Below are positions 1 to 12,450 of a stretch of 60,000 bases of DNA, piece by piece. Position 1 is the first letter of the stretch. Each line of letters opens with the position of its first letter. The notes under the pieces were generated by a model. That model saw only the letters and a list, made by a program, of their open reading frames with translations. It did no database searches and had not been told where the DNA came from. The DNA lies in assembly GCF_963921235.1 (NCBI RefSeq), contig NC_086097.1, positions 172,610,001-172,670,000 of the forward strand, given 5' to 3'. A program made the translations under genes and the position numbers. This DNA comes from Mobula hypostoma. Its lineage: Eukaryota.

Positions 1-250
1 GTACAGTGAAAAGCTTTGTTTTGCTTGCTATCCATACAGATTATTTCATCACAACCGTATATTGAGGCAGTACAAGAGAAAAGCAATAACAGAATGCAGA
101 ACGAAGTATTCAGAGCAGGCAGACAATAAGGTGCAAGGGTATGACAAGGTAGGTTGTGAGGTCAAGAGTCCACTTTTTCATATAGAGGACAGTTCAATAG
201 TCTTATAAAAGCCGTCCTTGAGCCTGATGCTCTGTGTTTTCAGGCTTTTG
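1..250 (-). mobile_element. Decayed 3' end/UTR of a Rex1/Babar-type LINE
   Basis: Resembles the other copies at ~56260-56730, ~35520-35700 and 59580-59860 (the last in opposite orientation); shared motif 'aagcaataacagaatgcaga...aaggtgcaa'. Confidence 0.55.
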
Positions 251-299
251 CATTGCCAGGAATATGTTGATCAGGTGACTGTATGACAAGTATCCTGAG

Positions 300-570
300 G
301 TCTACTACTTTGAGTTAGTGATACGAGTTTGATTCCTACCACAATGGTTGAGAAATTAACTTTGAATAAATCAAAACATCTGCTATAAAATGCTGATGAA
401 ATTGTTATACAGACTAATGCCCTGAGGAGAAAGAAATCTGGTACAGTATTTCATTCTGTCTGACCTAAATGCAATCTACAGCAATGAAGCTGACCCATTA
501 AAAAGGCCCAGCAAGCCATCCAGTCCAAGGGCAAATAGGGATGATGATAACTGCTGTCCTGGCCAATGAA
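300..570 (+). mobile_element. Ancient LF-SINE-like element, decayed
   Basis: 'actaatgccctgagg..gaaatctg...cagcaagcc...aagggcaaatagggatg...tgctgtcctggcca'; related copies at ~11510-11700, ~26920-27260 and ~37410-37880. Family name recalled from the consensus, not searched. Confidence 0.5.
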
Positions 571-1130
571 ACACATCAGCTCCTGCCTGAGAATCGAATT
601 GGATCCACTCCAACTGGCCCACTGCAGCAACAGGTCCACAGCAGATGCCATCTCATCAGCTCCTCACTCAACCCTGGAGCACCTGAACAGCAGCAACGCA
701 TACATCAGGATACTCTTCACCAACTACAGCTCAGCATTTAGTACCATCATCTCCTCAACACTAACCAATAAGCTCAAGTCCCTGGCCTCAATACTTCCTT
801 CTGCAATTGGATGCTTGATTTCGTCACTTGCAGACCCCAGCAAGTTTGGATTGGCAAAAGCATCTCCCCTACAGTCTCCATCAGCACAGGTGCACCACAA
901 GGCGGTGTGCTTAGCCCCTGCTCTATTCACTTTACACTAATAACTGTGTGTCTATATTCAGCTCCAATGCCATATTTAAGTTTTCTGATGATACCACTAC
1001 CGCCGATGAATCAGCATATAAGAGAGAGACTGAAAAACTGGCTGAGTGGTGTCATAACAGCAATCTCATACTCAATGTCAGCAAGACCAGGGGGTTGATT
1101 ATTGACTTTGGGGGGAGCAAACCTGAAGTC

Positions 1131-1671
1131 TGTCATGATTGTAAATGAAGCCACCGGAAAGACATAGCTAGTAGATATAAACATCTTTATTCAGGACACA
1201 CACAAGCTGACAGCCTTTGGAGTCACTTGAGACAGAGAGAGAGAGAGAGAGAGAGGCTCTCCAACCAACATTACAGCGCTTTTTTATATGTTAAACAAAG
1301 GTAACATTACAATTTATATAGCTACAATGCTTTCATAATGCTCCTTTTGAGTTACATGTAATATTTCAAATGTCTGGATCTTCCCACCAACACGCACAAA
1401 ATGAATGTTAATTACTGTGATCTCAGAGTCAAATTCATGACCATGCAGAATCTCAGGTCATAGGGATGTCATTTGCATTCATGCATACGCAGACATCTCA
1501 GTCAATTGGGTACTTCCTGATCTGCCATTTATTCTAAAATGAAGCTTCAGGAAGTCTATTGTTCTGAGCTACATTTTAAATTCAATCTACAATCCATATT
1601 CAGATCTGAAGACTGGTAGCTGTTGAAATTAATATTTCCAATCTTGCATATCTCCAGAATACGCTCTGATA
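1131..1671 (-). mobile_element. Solo LTR related to the ERV at 29285-34533
   Basis: 5-bp TSD AAGTC (1126-1130, 1672-1676); ends TGTCA...TGATA; minus-strand TATAAAA (~1283) followed by AATAAA (~1188); the reverse complement aligns with blocks of the LTR at 29285-29704. Confidence 0.9.
1229..1255. repeat. (GA)n microsatellite inside the solo LTR
   Basis: Read directly from the sequence. Confidence 0.9.
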
Positions 1672-3427
1672 AAGTCTATGAGGCAGTCCTCATTGGAGGA
1701 TCAGTGTTAGAGAGGGTCAGCAACTTTAAATTTCTTGATGTTATTGTTCAGAGGACCTGTCCTGGGACTTGTACGTAAATGCAACTATACAGAAAGCACA
1801 GTAGCTCCTCTACTTCCTCAGGAGTTTGCAAAGATTTGTCATGTCATCTAAAATTTTGACAAACTTCTGTAGATGTATAGTGGAAAGTATATTAACTGCA
1901 TGAATCACAGTCTACCATGGAAATACCAGTGACCTTGAATAGAAAATCCTACAAAAAGTAACAGAAATGGCCCAATCCATCAAGAGGAAAGAACCTCCCC
2001 CCAGCCATTGAGCACATCTACATGGATTGTTGTCACAGGAAAGAAGCATACATCATCAGGGACCCCCACCACCCAGGTCGTGCTATCGTCTCACTGTTGC
2101 CATCTGGAACAGTTATTACCCCTCACCATCAGGCTCTTTAACCAAAGGGAATAACTTCACTCAGCTTCACTTACCCCATTATTAAAACGTCCCAACAACC
2201 TATGAACTCACTTTCAAGAACTCTCCATCTCATGTTCTCGATACTTATTGCTTATTTATTAATTGAAATTATTTCTTTGTTTTTGTATTTGCACAGTTTG
2301 TTGTCTTGCACACTGTTTGAATGCCCAAATTGGTGCGGTCTTTATTGATTCTGTTATGCTTATAATTCTATTATGGATTTATTGAGTATGCCCGCAAGAA
2401 AATGAATCTCAGGATTGTATATAGTAACATATATGTACTTTGATAATAAATTTACTTCGAACTTTGCACTTTGAACTGATTAGTCACGTGTTGGTAACTG
2501 GTAGATTCTCAGGGAGGCTGACAAGAATTTTGCAACAACAACAAAAAAGGTAAGATTGGTGTAAATGGATGGTTGATAGCATGGATTCAGGGGCTAAGGT
2601 GATTGATTCTGATCTGTATAATTCTATAAGTATTACTGAGACTCTTTTTTTAATTCAAATGTTAACTAAATTTTAATCCAAGCTGGAAAAAATTTCAAGT
2701 GTCTATGTAAAGGATGACTCACTCATTTATGTAACCACAATGCCATGACACCCACTTTAAATGACGTACAAATAACCTGTGTCTGCCTCAGTCAGGTGTT
2801 GCTGCTTTTGCATTATGGATCAATTCAGAGTATGGATTTTGTCTTTAAGGGATTGCTGTAATATTTCATTGGGCATTTTTCTTTTCAATAAAACAGAAAG
2901 CACCTCAGAGCATTTTATACACCCACAAGGTCATGCTCTCAGTCAATTGACTGTTTATGGAGCCGCCACTGAACCTATGATGGACAGGTACCAATATATC
3001 ACGGAGCTACCGTTCAGACCAAGGGTCAGTGCTGTTGCTATGGGACTGATTGAAGACAGATTGATCAGCAGAGTAGATGTAGATCAGGTTAATTTGTTTG
3101 ACATACGTGTACTTAACATGATGATGTGACAGGAGATTTTGATAATGATATCAGGGGCACTTGTTTGCCGAAAGATGGTGGGAGCAATTTGACGATTTTC
3201 TTTGACTCATAGAACTTAATAAGGCAGGAGAAGGACATTCAGATCATTGTATCCATGCCAACTAAAAACAGACTTTAGAGTAACCTCACATCCCAGCTCT
3301 TTGTCCGTAGCCATGGAGATCATGGTTCATGAAGCCCACACTCAACTCAGCTATAATGAGAGTTCCCCACTCCACCAGCCATCAAAAGCAATGTGTTCCC
3401 AAAACCCAACTCCCAGAGTGGAGGCCA

Positions 3428-3670
3428 ATCACAAACAAGAGAAAATCTGCAGATGCTGGAAATCCAAGAAACACCCACAAAATGCTGGAGGATCTCAGCA
3501 AGCCAGGTAGCATCAATGGAAAAGAGCAAACAGCCAACGTTTCGGGCCGAGACCCTTCGTTAAACCCTTTTCCAGTTCTGATGAGGGGTGTCAGCCCAAA
3601 ACATCAACTGTTACTCTTTTCCACAGATGCTGCCTGGCCTGCTGAGTTCCTCACATTTTGTGTGTGTTTC
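3428..3670. mobile_element. Palindromic pair of Penelope-like element termini
   Basis: The arm at ~3468-3563 is the reverse complement of ~3578-3670; the same sequence caps the GIY-YIG-coding fragment at 20554-21437. Confidence 0.8.
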
Positions 3671-3728
3671 ATTGAGTGAAGCATTGTTTCATTCATCTCT
3701 CCATCAAACCAGGGCAGAGAATTTAGTC

Positions 3729-5514
3729 TCAGAATCAAAATCAGCATCAGGTTTAATCACCAGTATGTCATGGAATTTGTTAACTTTGCTGCAGCAATAC
3801 ATGATAAACATAGAAAATAAACTAAATTACAGTAAGTGCAGTAAATTTCATTGGCTTTGTATTTGTACTCGGCACCATGACAATAAAGTTGAATCTAATC
3901 TAACCTATATATATATATAGTTTATAATTAAAATAGTGTAAAATCAGAAATTTTTAAAAGTAGTGGTGTTCATGGGTTCAATGTCTGTTTAGAAACTGGA
4001 TGGCTGAGGAAAAGAAGCTATTCCTGAATCACTGAGTGTGTGCCTTCAGGCTTCTGTACTTCCTTCCTGATGGTAACAACGAGAAGAAGGCATATCCTGG
4101 GTGGTGAGGGTCCTTAATGATGGATGCCACCTTGCTGAAGCCCCGCTCCTTGAAGATGTCTTGGATACTACAGAGGCTAGTACCCATCATGGATCTGTCT
4201 AATTTTATAGCTCTCTGCATTTTACTTTGATCTCGTGCAGTAGCCACCCCACCACCCACCACCTTACCAGATGGTGATTCAGCCATTTAGAATACTCTCC
4301 ATGGTGCGTCCGGAGAAGTCTTTGAGTGTTCCACCTGATACACCAAATCTCCTCAAATTCCTAATGAAATATAGCTGTTGTTTTGCCATCTTTAAAGCAG
4401 CATCCATATGTTGGGACCAGGCTAAGTCCTCTGAGATATTGACACCGAGGAACTTGAAATTGCTCACTTTCTCCACTTCTGATCCATCTATGAAGATTGG
4501 CTTGTGTTCCCTCGTCCTATCCTTTCTGAAGTCCACAGTCAGCTCTTTGGTCTTACGGACGTTGAGTGTAAAGCTGTTGCTGCGACACCACTCAACTAGC
4601 TGGTATATCTCACTCCTGTATGCCCTCTCATCTCCATCTGAGATTCTGCCAACAATGGTTATATCATCAGCAAATTAATAGATGATATTTAACCTATGCC
4701 TAGCCACACAGTCATGGGTGAAGAGAGAGAAGAACAGTGGGCTAAGCATAGATCCTTGAGGTGCACCAACGTTGATTGTCAGCGAGGTGGAGATGTTATT
4801 ACCAATTCACTCAGAGTGTGGTCTTCCAGTTAGGAAGTCAAAGATCCAGTTGCAAAGGGAGGTACAGAGGCTCAGGCTCCATAGCTTTTCAATCAGGACT
4901 GTAGGACTGATGTGATAAACATTGAACTATCGTCAATAAACAGCATCCTGACATAGGTATTTGTGCTGTCCAGATGATCTAAGACCGCATAGAGAGCCAT
5001 TGAGATCACATCTGCTATAGACCTATTGGGCAATACAAAAATTGCAGTGGGTCCTGGTGCTTGCTGAGGCAGCAGTTGATACTAGCCTTGTCCAACTTCT
5101 CAAGGAATTTCGTCGTAGATACAAGTGCTACTAGACGATAGTTGTTGAGGCAATTCACACTGCTCTTCTTGGGCACTGAATTGTTGCCCTTTTGATGCCG
5201 ATAGGACCTTCCAACTGTAGCAGTGAGAGAATGAGAATGTCCTTGCATAACCCCGTCAGTTGGTTGGTACAAGTTTTCAGAGCTTTACCAGGTACTCCAT
5301 CAGGGTTCACCCTCCTGAAAGACAGACAGGGTTCAGCCTCCAAGACAGAGATCTCGGGGCCACCAGGCACTGCAGGGATCGTCACAGCTGTAGTTTTATT
5401 CTCCCTTTCAAAGCAAGCATAAAAGGCACTGAGCTCATCTGGTAGAGACACATCACTGTCATTCATGATGTTGGGTTTCACCTTGTAGAAAGAAACAGCC
5501 TGCAAGCCCTGCCA
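3729..5514 (-). mobile_element. 5'-truncated Rex1/Babar LINE
   Basis: Minus-strand peptides LPDELSAFYACFE, PDGVPGKALKTC, CLNNYRLVAL, FKFLGVNISEDLAW and KAKQQLYFIRNLRRF-like; (GATTCT)-like tail at ~3730. Confidence 0.9.
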
Positions 5515-5739
5515 GTCTGCCCTGGGGAAAGATTTAGAAAGAAACTTAGGCTACGTCCACACTACGCCGGATAATTTTGAAAACGCCAGTTTCAAGTAAA
5601 AACAACAGGCGTACACACTAAGCGTTTTTCAAAATATCTCTGTCCACACTAACACAGATATTTGGGCGAATTTGCTGAGGAAAAAAGGTAAGGTCGGTAG
5701 GTACTTTTTCATTTATTCTGATTAATCTGGGATCAGGTA

Positions 5740-6682
5740 ATGGGGGAGATAGTTATAGCAGTGGTGTGCTCCGTATGCAGTATGTGGGAGGTTAGGGTCA
5801 ACGCAGTTGTCCCTGATGACCACACCTGCAGAAGGTGCATCCAGCTGCAGCTCCTATCAGAGTGAGTTAGGGAACTGGAGCTGGAGCTGGATGAACTACG
5901 GATCATTCGGGAGGCAGAGACAGAGATAGATAAGAGTTATCGGGAGGTAGTCACACCAAAAAGACGGGAGGTAGGCAACTGGGTGACTGTCAGGAGATGG
6001 AGGGGGAGCAGGCAGAGAGAGCAGAGCACCCCTGTGGCCATTCCCATCAACAATAAGTATACCGTTTTGGATACTGTTGGTGGAGATGACCTACCAGGAA
6101 CAAGTTGCAGTGGTCCTGTCTCTGGCACTGAGGTTGGACCCTCGACTCAGAAGGGGAGGAGGAAAGAGAGGACAGCGGTAGTGATAGGGGATTCTATAGT
6201 CAGGGGGGCAGATAGGAGTTTTGTGGGGCAGATCGGGAGTCTCGGATGGTATGTTGCCTCCCTGGTGCCGGGGTCCGGGACACCTCAGATCGGATGCAGG
6301 TTATTCTCGAGAGGGAGGGCAAGAATCCAGATGTTGTGGTCCATGTAGGGACCAACGATGTGGGTGGAAGAGTGAGGGGGTCCTGCGTAGTGAGTTCAGG
6401 GAGTTAGGTGCAAAGCTGAAGGGCAGGACCTCCAGGATGACAATCTCAGGATTGCTATCTGTGCCACATGCGAGTGAAGCGAGGAACAGAAGGATTATAC
6501 AGATCAATACGTGGCTGAGAGGATGGTGTAGGAGGGAGGGCTTCAGGTTTTTAGATAATTGGGCTTTGTTCCAGGGAGGGTGGGATCTGTTCCGATGGGA
6601 CGGTTTACACCTGAACTGGAGGGGTACTAACATTCTTGCAGGAAAGTTTTCTAGTGCTGCTTGGGGGGGGGGTTTAAACTAA
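5740..6682 (+). pseudogene. CR1 ORF1 (zinc finger, coiled coil, SGNH esterase), disrupted
   Basis: MGEIVIAVVCSVCSMW...TCRRC...RELELELDELR, VIGDSIVRG and DGLHLN; one in-frame stop and frameshifts. Confidence 0.88.
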
Positions 6683-9600
6683 ATTTGCAGGGGGCAGGGA
6701 TCCAGAATGTGAGAGAGGATAGCAAGATGAAGTATAAAGGACAGGTGGGGACTATACGGTTCCGGAATATTAAGTGTGAAGTAGAGAAAGGTGAGGCGGA
6801 ACGAGTGATAAGGAGAATACATGTGCAGAGGGATGGTCTGACGGAGCATGGAGTTAAATGTGCAGAAAGAGTAAGTAAATTTAAGAAGGACAACAAAATT
6901 CAAGGGGCGTATAGCCCAGTGAGAGTTCGGGGAGCTGGATTATGCACAATAGGCAGTGATTTAAACAGAGAGAGGAGAAATGGGTTAAAAATTCTATATC
7001 TGAATGCACGAAGTGTCAGAAATAAGGTGGATGAGCTTGAAGCTCAGGTGCAAATGGGTAACTGTGATGTTGTTGGGATAACGGAGACATGGCTGCAGGG
7101 GGATCAGACCTGGGAATTGAACGTACAAGGGTATGCGTGCTATCGAAGGGACAGAAAGGTGGGCAGAGGGGGTGGGGTGGCCCTGTTGGTGAGGAATGAG
7201 ATTCAGTCCCTTGCAAGGGGGGACATAGAATCAGGAGAAGTAGAGTCAGTGTGGATAGAACTGAGGAACAGTAAGGCCAAAAAGACCCTAATAGGTGTTA
7301 TCTACAGGCCCCCAAACAGTAGCATGGATATTGGGTGCAAGTTGAATAGGGAGTTAACAATGGCATGTGGCAAAGGAAATGTCGCAGTAGTTATGGGGGA
7401 TTTCAACATGCAGGTGAACTGGGAAAATCAGGTTGGTACTGGACCCCAGGATAGGGAGTTCGTAGAGTGCCTACGGGATGCATTTTTGGAGCAGCTTGTA
7501 CGAGAGCTGACCAGGGATAAGGCTATTCTGGATTTAGTGTTGTGCAATGAACAGGATTTGATAAGTAATCTTGAAGTAAAGGAGCCATTAGGAGGTAGTG
7601 ACCATAATATGATAAGTTTTTATCTGCAAGTTGAGAGGGATAAGGGCAGATCAGAAGTGTCAATATTGCAGTTGAACAAAGGAGACTATGGAGCCATGAG
7701 GGAGGAGCTGGCCAAAGTTGACTGGTCGGATATCCTAGCAGAAAAGACAGTGGAACAGCAATGGCAGGTATTCTTGGGAATAATGCACAAGGTGCAAACT
7801 CAGTTCATCCCCCGGAGAAGGAAGGATTCAAAGGGGGAAAAGTGGCCACAGTGGTTGACAAAGGAAGTCAGAGATAGCATAGCATTAAAAAAGAAGTATA
7901 ACAGAGCTAAGGTGAGTGGGAAGACGGATGATTGGGAAATTTTTAGGGAGCAACAGAACTTAACTAAAAAGACAATACGGGGAGAAAAAATGAGGTATGA
8001 ACGCAAGCTAGCTAGGAATATAAAGGAGGATAGCAAAAGTTTTTTTAGGTATGTGAAGAGAAGGAAGATAGTTAATAACAATTTTGGGCCCTTGAAGAAT
8101 GAATTGGGAGAAATTGTTATGGGAAACAGAGAAATGGCAGACGAATTTAGTAAGTACTTTGGATCTGTCTTCACTAGGGAAGACACAAGCAATCTCCCAG
8201 ATGTATGGATGGGCCAAGGACATAGGGTAACAGAGGAACTGAAACAGATTGACATTAGGAAGGAAATGGTGATGAGTAGACTGATGGGACTGAAGGCTAA
8301 CAAATCCCCAGGTCCAGATGGTCTGCATCCTAGGGTACTAAAGGAGGTGGCTCTGGAAATTGCGGATGCATTGGTGATCATTTTCCAATGTTCCTTAGAT
8401 TCAGGATCAGTTCCTTAGGATTGGCGAATGGCTAATGTTATCCCACTTTTTAAGAAAGGAGGGAGGGAGAAAACAGAGAACTATCACCCTATTAGCCTAA
8501 CATCAGTAGTGGGGAAGATGCTAAAGATGAAATAGCGGCATATCTTGATAGCAGTGATTAAGATTGGGCCGAGCCAGCATGGATTCACCAAGGGCAAATC
8601 ATGCTTGACTAATCTATTGGAGATTTTCGAGGATGTAACCAGGAAGATAGACATGGGAGATCCAGTGGATGTGGTATACCTTGACTTTCAGAAGGCATTC
8701 GATAAGGTACCACATAGGAGATTGGTGGGTAAAATCAGAGCTCATGGCATTGGGGGGAGGATATTGACATGGATAGAAAACTGATTGGCAGATAGAAAGC
8801 AAAGGGTAGCAGTGAATGGGTGTTTCTCGGAATGGCAAGTGGTGACTAGTGGGGTGCCACAGGGCTCGGTATTGGGACCGCAGCTGTTTACGATTTACGT
8901 CAATGATTTAGAGGAAGGCATTGTGAATAACATCAGCAAGTTTGCTGATGATACTAAGCTGGGTGGCAGTGTGACATGTAGTGAGGATGTTAGGAGAATT
9001 CAAGGTGACTTGGATAGGCTGGGTGAGTGGGCAGAAACTTGGCAGATGGCATTTAATGTGAATAAGTGTGAGGTTATTCACTTTGGGAGCAAGAACAGGA
9101 AGGCAGATTATTATCTGAACGGTGTGGAGTTAGGTAAGGAAGAAATACAAAGAGATCTAGGAGTACTTGTTCATCAGTCTCTGAAGGTGAATGAGCAAGT
9201 GCAGCAGGCAGTGAAGAAGGCTAATGGAATGTTGGCCTTTACTACAAAGGGAATTGAGTACAAGAGCAAGGAAATTCTTTTGCATTTGTACAGGGCCCTG
9301 GTGAGACCACACCTGGAGTATTGTGTGCAGTTTTGGTCTCCAGGGTTAAGGAAGGACATCCTGGCTGTGGAGGAGGTGCAGCATAGGTTCACTAGGTTAA
9401 TTCCTGGGATGTCCAGACTGTCTTACGCAGAGAGGTTAGAGAGACCGGGCTTGTACACGCTGGAATTAAGGAGATTGAGGGGGGATCTGATTGAGACATA
9501 TAAGATTATTAAGAGATTGGACAAGATAGAGGCAGGAAATATGTTCCAGATGCTGGGAGAGTCCAGTACCAGAGGGCATGGTTTAAGATTAAGGGGTAGG

Positions 9601-9780
9601 TCATTTAGGACAGAGTTGAGGAGGAACTTCTTCTCCCAGAGAGTTATGGAGGTTTGGAACGCGCTGCCTCAGAAGGCAGTGGAGGCCAATTCTCTGGATG
9701 CTTTCAAGAAGGAGCTAGGTAGGTATCTTATGGATAGGGGAATCAAGGGTTATGGGGACAAGGCAGGAACCGGGTATTGA
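6661..9780 (+). pseudogene. CR1 ORF2 (AP endonuclease plus reverse transcriptase), disrupted; true start probably nearer 6930-6990
   Basis: YLNARS, GITETWL, MGDFN, SDHN, KSPGPDG, LDFQKAFDKV, GVPQGSVLGP and KFADDTK; stops at 8416 and 8782 and a deletion near 8525. Confidence 0.93.
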
Positions 9781-10810
9781 TAGTAGATGATCAGCCATGA
9801 TCTCAGAATGGCGGTGCAGGCTCGAAGGGCCGAATGGTCTACTTCTGCACCTATTGTCTATTGTCTATTGTCTGTTGAATCTCCTCTACTGGGCACGCGC
9901 AGGACACACAGAAAACAAGCGAAAAGGAAACGGTATACTTAGTGCGCGTTTGTGCAGTTATTGACTAGAAAAACTTCAAAGGAATTGCTCTTGGCTCTCG
10001 CGCAGGAGGACTTAAAACTAAAAAAAAACAAATACTGGAGCGTATGGAGGCAACCGACAGGGAGTTCACGGACAGTATGACCCGGCTGATGACGAACATT
10101 GAAAAACTGACTAACTCTGTTGCATTAATAAAGCACCTTGTTAAATGTATAAAACATGTCTGCATCAGTGTTATCTTGTATCTCCATACAATGTTACATT
10201 AGGCTGTTACACATCTATTGTCAGAGAAGTACTTGCATAAATAGGTAAACCACCTCCATACAAGCAAGGACAGAAAGCAGGGCAAAGTGAGTATACTTAT
10301 TTATTCAGTAAGCTATGGGTTAAAGTATTTGGTGAGTACATTTCTAACTCTTCTGGCTTCAGTCTCGTTGCCGTCTGTTCTGAAATTGTTAGGTTATGTG
10401 GGGGTTGCGTTCAAGAAAACAACGAAATACCGCGCTGTGGCCATCTGTTCCGGCACGTCATGACAGCGTTTTTAAATAGTCAAAAAAGCTCACTTTACAA
10501 TTTAACTCTCACGCCGTTCACACCGACTGTGCTTTATAACAGCCGTACGGCACTGCTTGCGCAGTACCAAGCAGAAGCAGAAAAAGCATTGTTGTTGTGG
10601 TGTTGTCATGACAGCGTTTTTAAATCTCTCCATTTACCCTGTACACACCACAACGGATATTAGGCGTTTTCAGATTTATTCACTCTGGAGACCGTTTCTG
10701 AAAATCTTCATTTTCGGGGGATGAAAACGCCACTTTAGTGTGGATGGAGGGTCAAAACGAAGAGAAAAGGCTTTGTTTTCAAAATTATCCGGCATAGTGT
10801 GGACATAGCC

Positions 10811-11000
10811 TTAGGGGAAATACTTTACACACAGAGGGGAGTAAGTATATTGAACGAGCTGCCAGAGCAGCTAGAGGTGAGTACAATTACAATGCTAAAA
10901 AGGTGTTTAGACATGTACACCAATTAAAAAGGTTTACAGGAATATGGACCAAACACAGGCAACTGGGACAAACTGGTATAGACAACTTGGTCAGCATGTA
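10811..11000 (+). mobile_element. Old CR1 3' fragment (target of the Harbinger; left part at ~5525-5548)
   Basis: 'tttagaaagaaactta|ggggaaatactttacacacagag...gaacgagctgccagag' is a CR1 ORF2 C-terminal sequence. Confidence 0.7.
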
Positions 11001-11509
11001 GCAGTTCAAGAAAGCTAATCACCATCGTCTTCTCATGGGCAATTAGCAATTAGCAATAAACACTGCACATGAACTACTAGAAAGAAAGAGGAAGTTTCTA
11101 CTTGTAAAATATTTAGATTCTTAGAGTCTTCAGACCAACTCATCCACACCAAGCAAGTTGCCTACCTGAGCTAGTTCCAATTTCCTTTAAACCTTTTCAA
11201 TTGACTGTATGTACCTGTCTAAATTTAAATTGTCTTTTGAATTGTCTAATTGTTGTAAATTACAAAGGCTCCAAGTTCTATGTAAATGCAAATTAGTTTT
11301 GTTGTTCCACACCCACCCACTGTGTAGAGCATAGGTTCAGATAGGAATGGCCCAGTCTGTATCTTGCTATTGATACCGTGATAATTTGCACAAGACTTTT
11401 GAAAGAATACTTCTGCTTCTGATATAGAATCTTATCTTCCAGTAATAAAATAAATTGAAAATTATGACCTCATCCTCATAACGTTGACCACAAAATTACA
11501 AAGACATCA

Positions 11510-11700
11510 GAATTAGGTGCCTGGTTCACACAGCAGGGACATGTCTTCCTGACCCACTCTCTTTTCTATGTGACACCAGACCAACAGCGAGTCATTGGCT
11601 TTTAACTACTCTCTAAAGTGGCTCAGCAAGCTACCAGTTCAGTGGTGAATGTAGGTTGGGAAAGAAATGCTGTTCTTGCCAATAATATTTACATCTTGCA
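11510..11700 (+). mobile_element. LF-SINE-like fragment
   Basis: 'ctggttcac...atgtgacaccagacc...ttaactactctctaaagtggctcagcaagc'; similar to 300-570. Confidence 0.5.
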
Positions 11701-12235
11701 AACAAATAAATAAAAATAAATGTTAAATTTATGTCTTTTCCAGAATCTGCATTTGCATTCCCACAAATTATTTGAAATTGGCTTTCTGTAAGACATCAAC
11801 TCAACTCCCAGGTGGAGAGTGGGTGTACAGTATGTGTGTGGTGTGTGGGGTGTGGGGTGTGGGGTGAGTGTGCCAGAAATACCATCCAGAAAACGCACAC
11901 CTCTTGAAATGCAAAACACATCTAGAACTATGTTAACAATCTGTCCTCGGGACCCAAAATGGCAACTTCTATTTCCCTCCACAGATATTGCTCAATCTAC
12001 TGAGTTCCTCCAATAGTTTTTTAGTTACGCAAGATTTCAGCATCTGCAATGTCTCATGTTTCTGCTAAAATTCTATTCCGTCCTGAATCCAGCCACATAA
12101 ATTGCCAGAACGGTTCAGAATAGTGGATATCCACAGGCACAAGCCAGCACTATGCTACAGTATAATGGACTTCTATTGTTCTAGTTGTGTTTTTATTTAT
12201 AAAAATTATATATAATTTACTAAATGTTTACTTTA

Positions 12236-12450
12236 GCAACACACATAAAATGCAGAGATGCAGCAAGTCAGGCAGCATCTTTGAAAGGGAAAAAAGAGAT
12301 GATGTTCAAACTGAGACCCTTCATCAAGTCTCAGTCTGAAACATCAACCGTTTATTCCTCTCCATAGATGCTGCCTGACTTGTTGAGTTCTTCCAGCATT
12401 TTGTGTGTGTGTTGCTTAAGATTTCCAGAATCTGCAGAATCTCTTTTGTT
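12236..12450. mobile_element. Palindromic Penelope-like termini
   Basis: Inverted arms meet at 'tgagacccttcatcaagtctca'. Confidence 0.75.

Larger units (their letters stand above)
566..2475 (+). mobile_element. 5'-truncated Rex1/Babar LINE (RT pseudogene plus 3' UTR), split by a solo LTR at 1131-1671
   Basis: Motifs [23 protein letters not shown] and LNVSKT across frameshifts; the sequence resumes after 1676; tail 'aataaatttacttcgaactttgcactttgaac'. Confidence 0.9.
5672..9876 (+). mobile_element. Near-full-length CR1 LINE
   Basis: ORF1 plus ORF2 (APE-RT), 3' UTR and (CTATTGT)n tail at 9851-9876. Confidence 0.95.
5549..10810. mobile_element. Non-autonomous PIF/Harbinger DNA transposon (about 1.05 kb of its own sequence) with a nested CR1
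   Basis: TIRs GGCTACGTCCACACTACGCCGGATAATTTTGAAAAC / GTTTTCAAAATTATCCGGCATAGTGTGGACATAGCC; 3-bp TSD TTA (5546-5548, 10811-10813); the flanks rejoin as a CR1 3' fragment. Confidence 0.92.

Noticed and set aside
7800..8381. Antisense ORFs of 130-200 aa over CR1 copies (also 17135-17749, 26099-26554, 41345-42004)
   Set aside because: They are shadow frames of LINE coding sequence with no independent evidence.
6661..8418. 585-aa ORF as a host or novel gene
   Set aside because: It is the endonuclease and linker portion of CR1 ORF2, cut by a premature stop.
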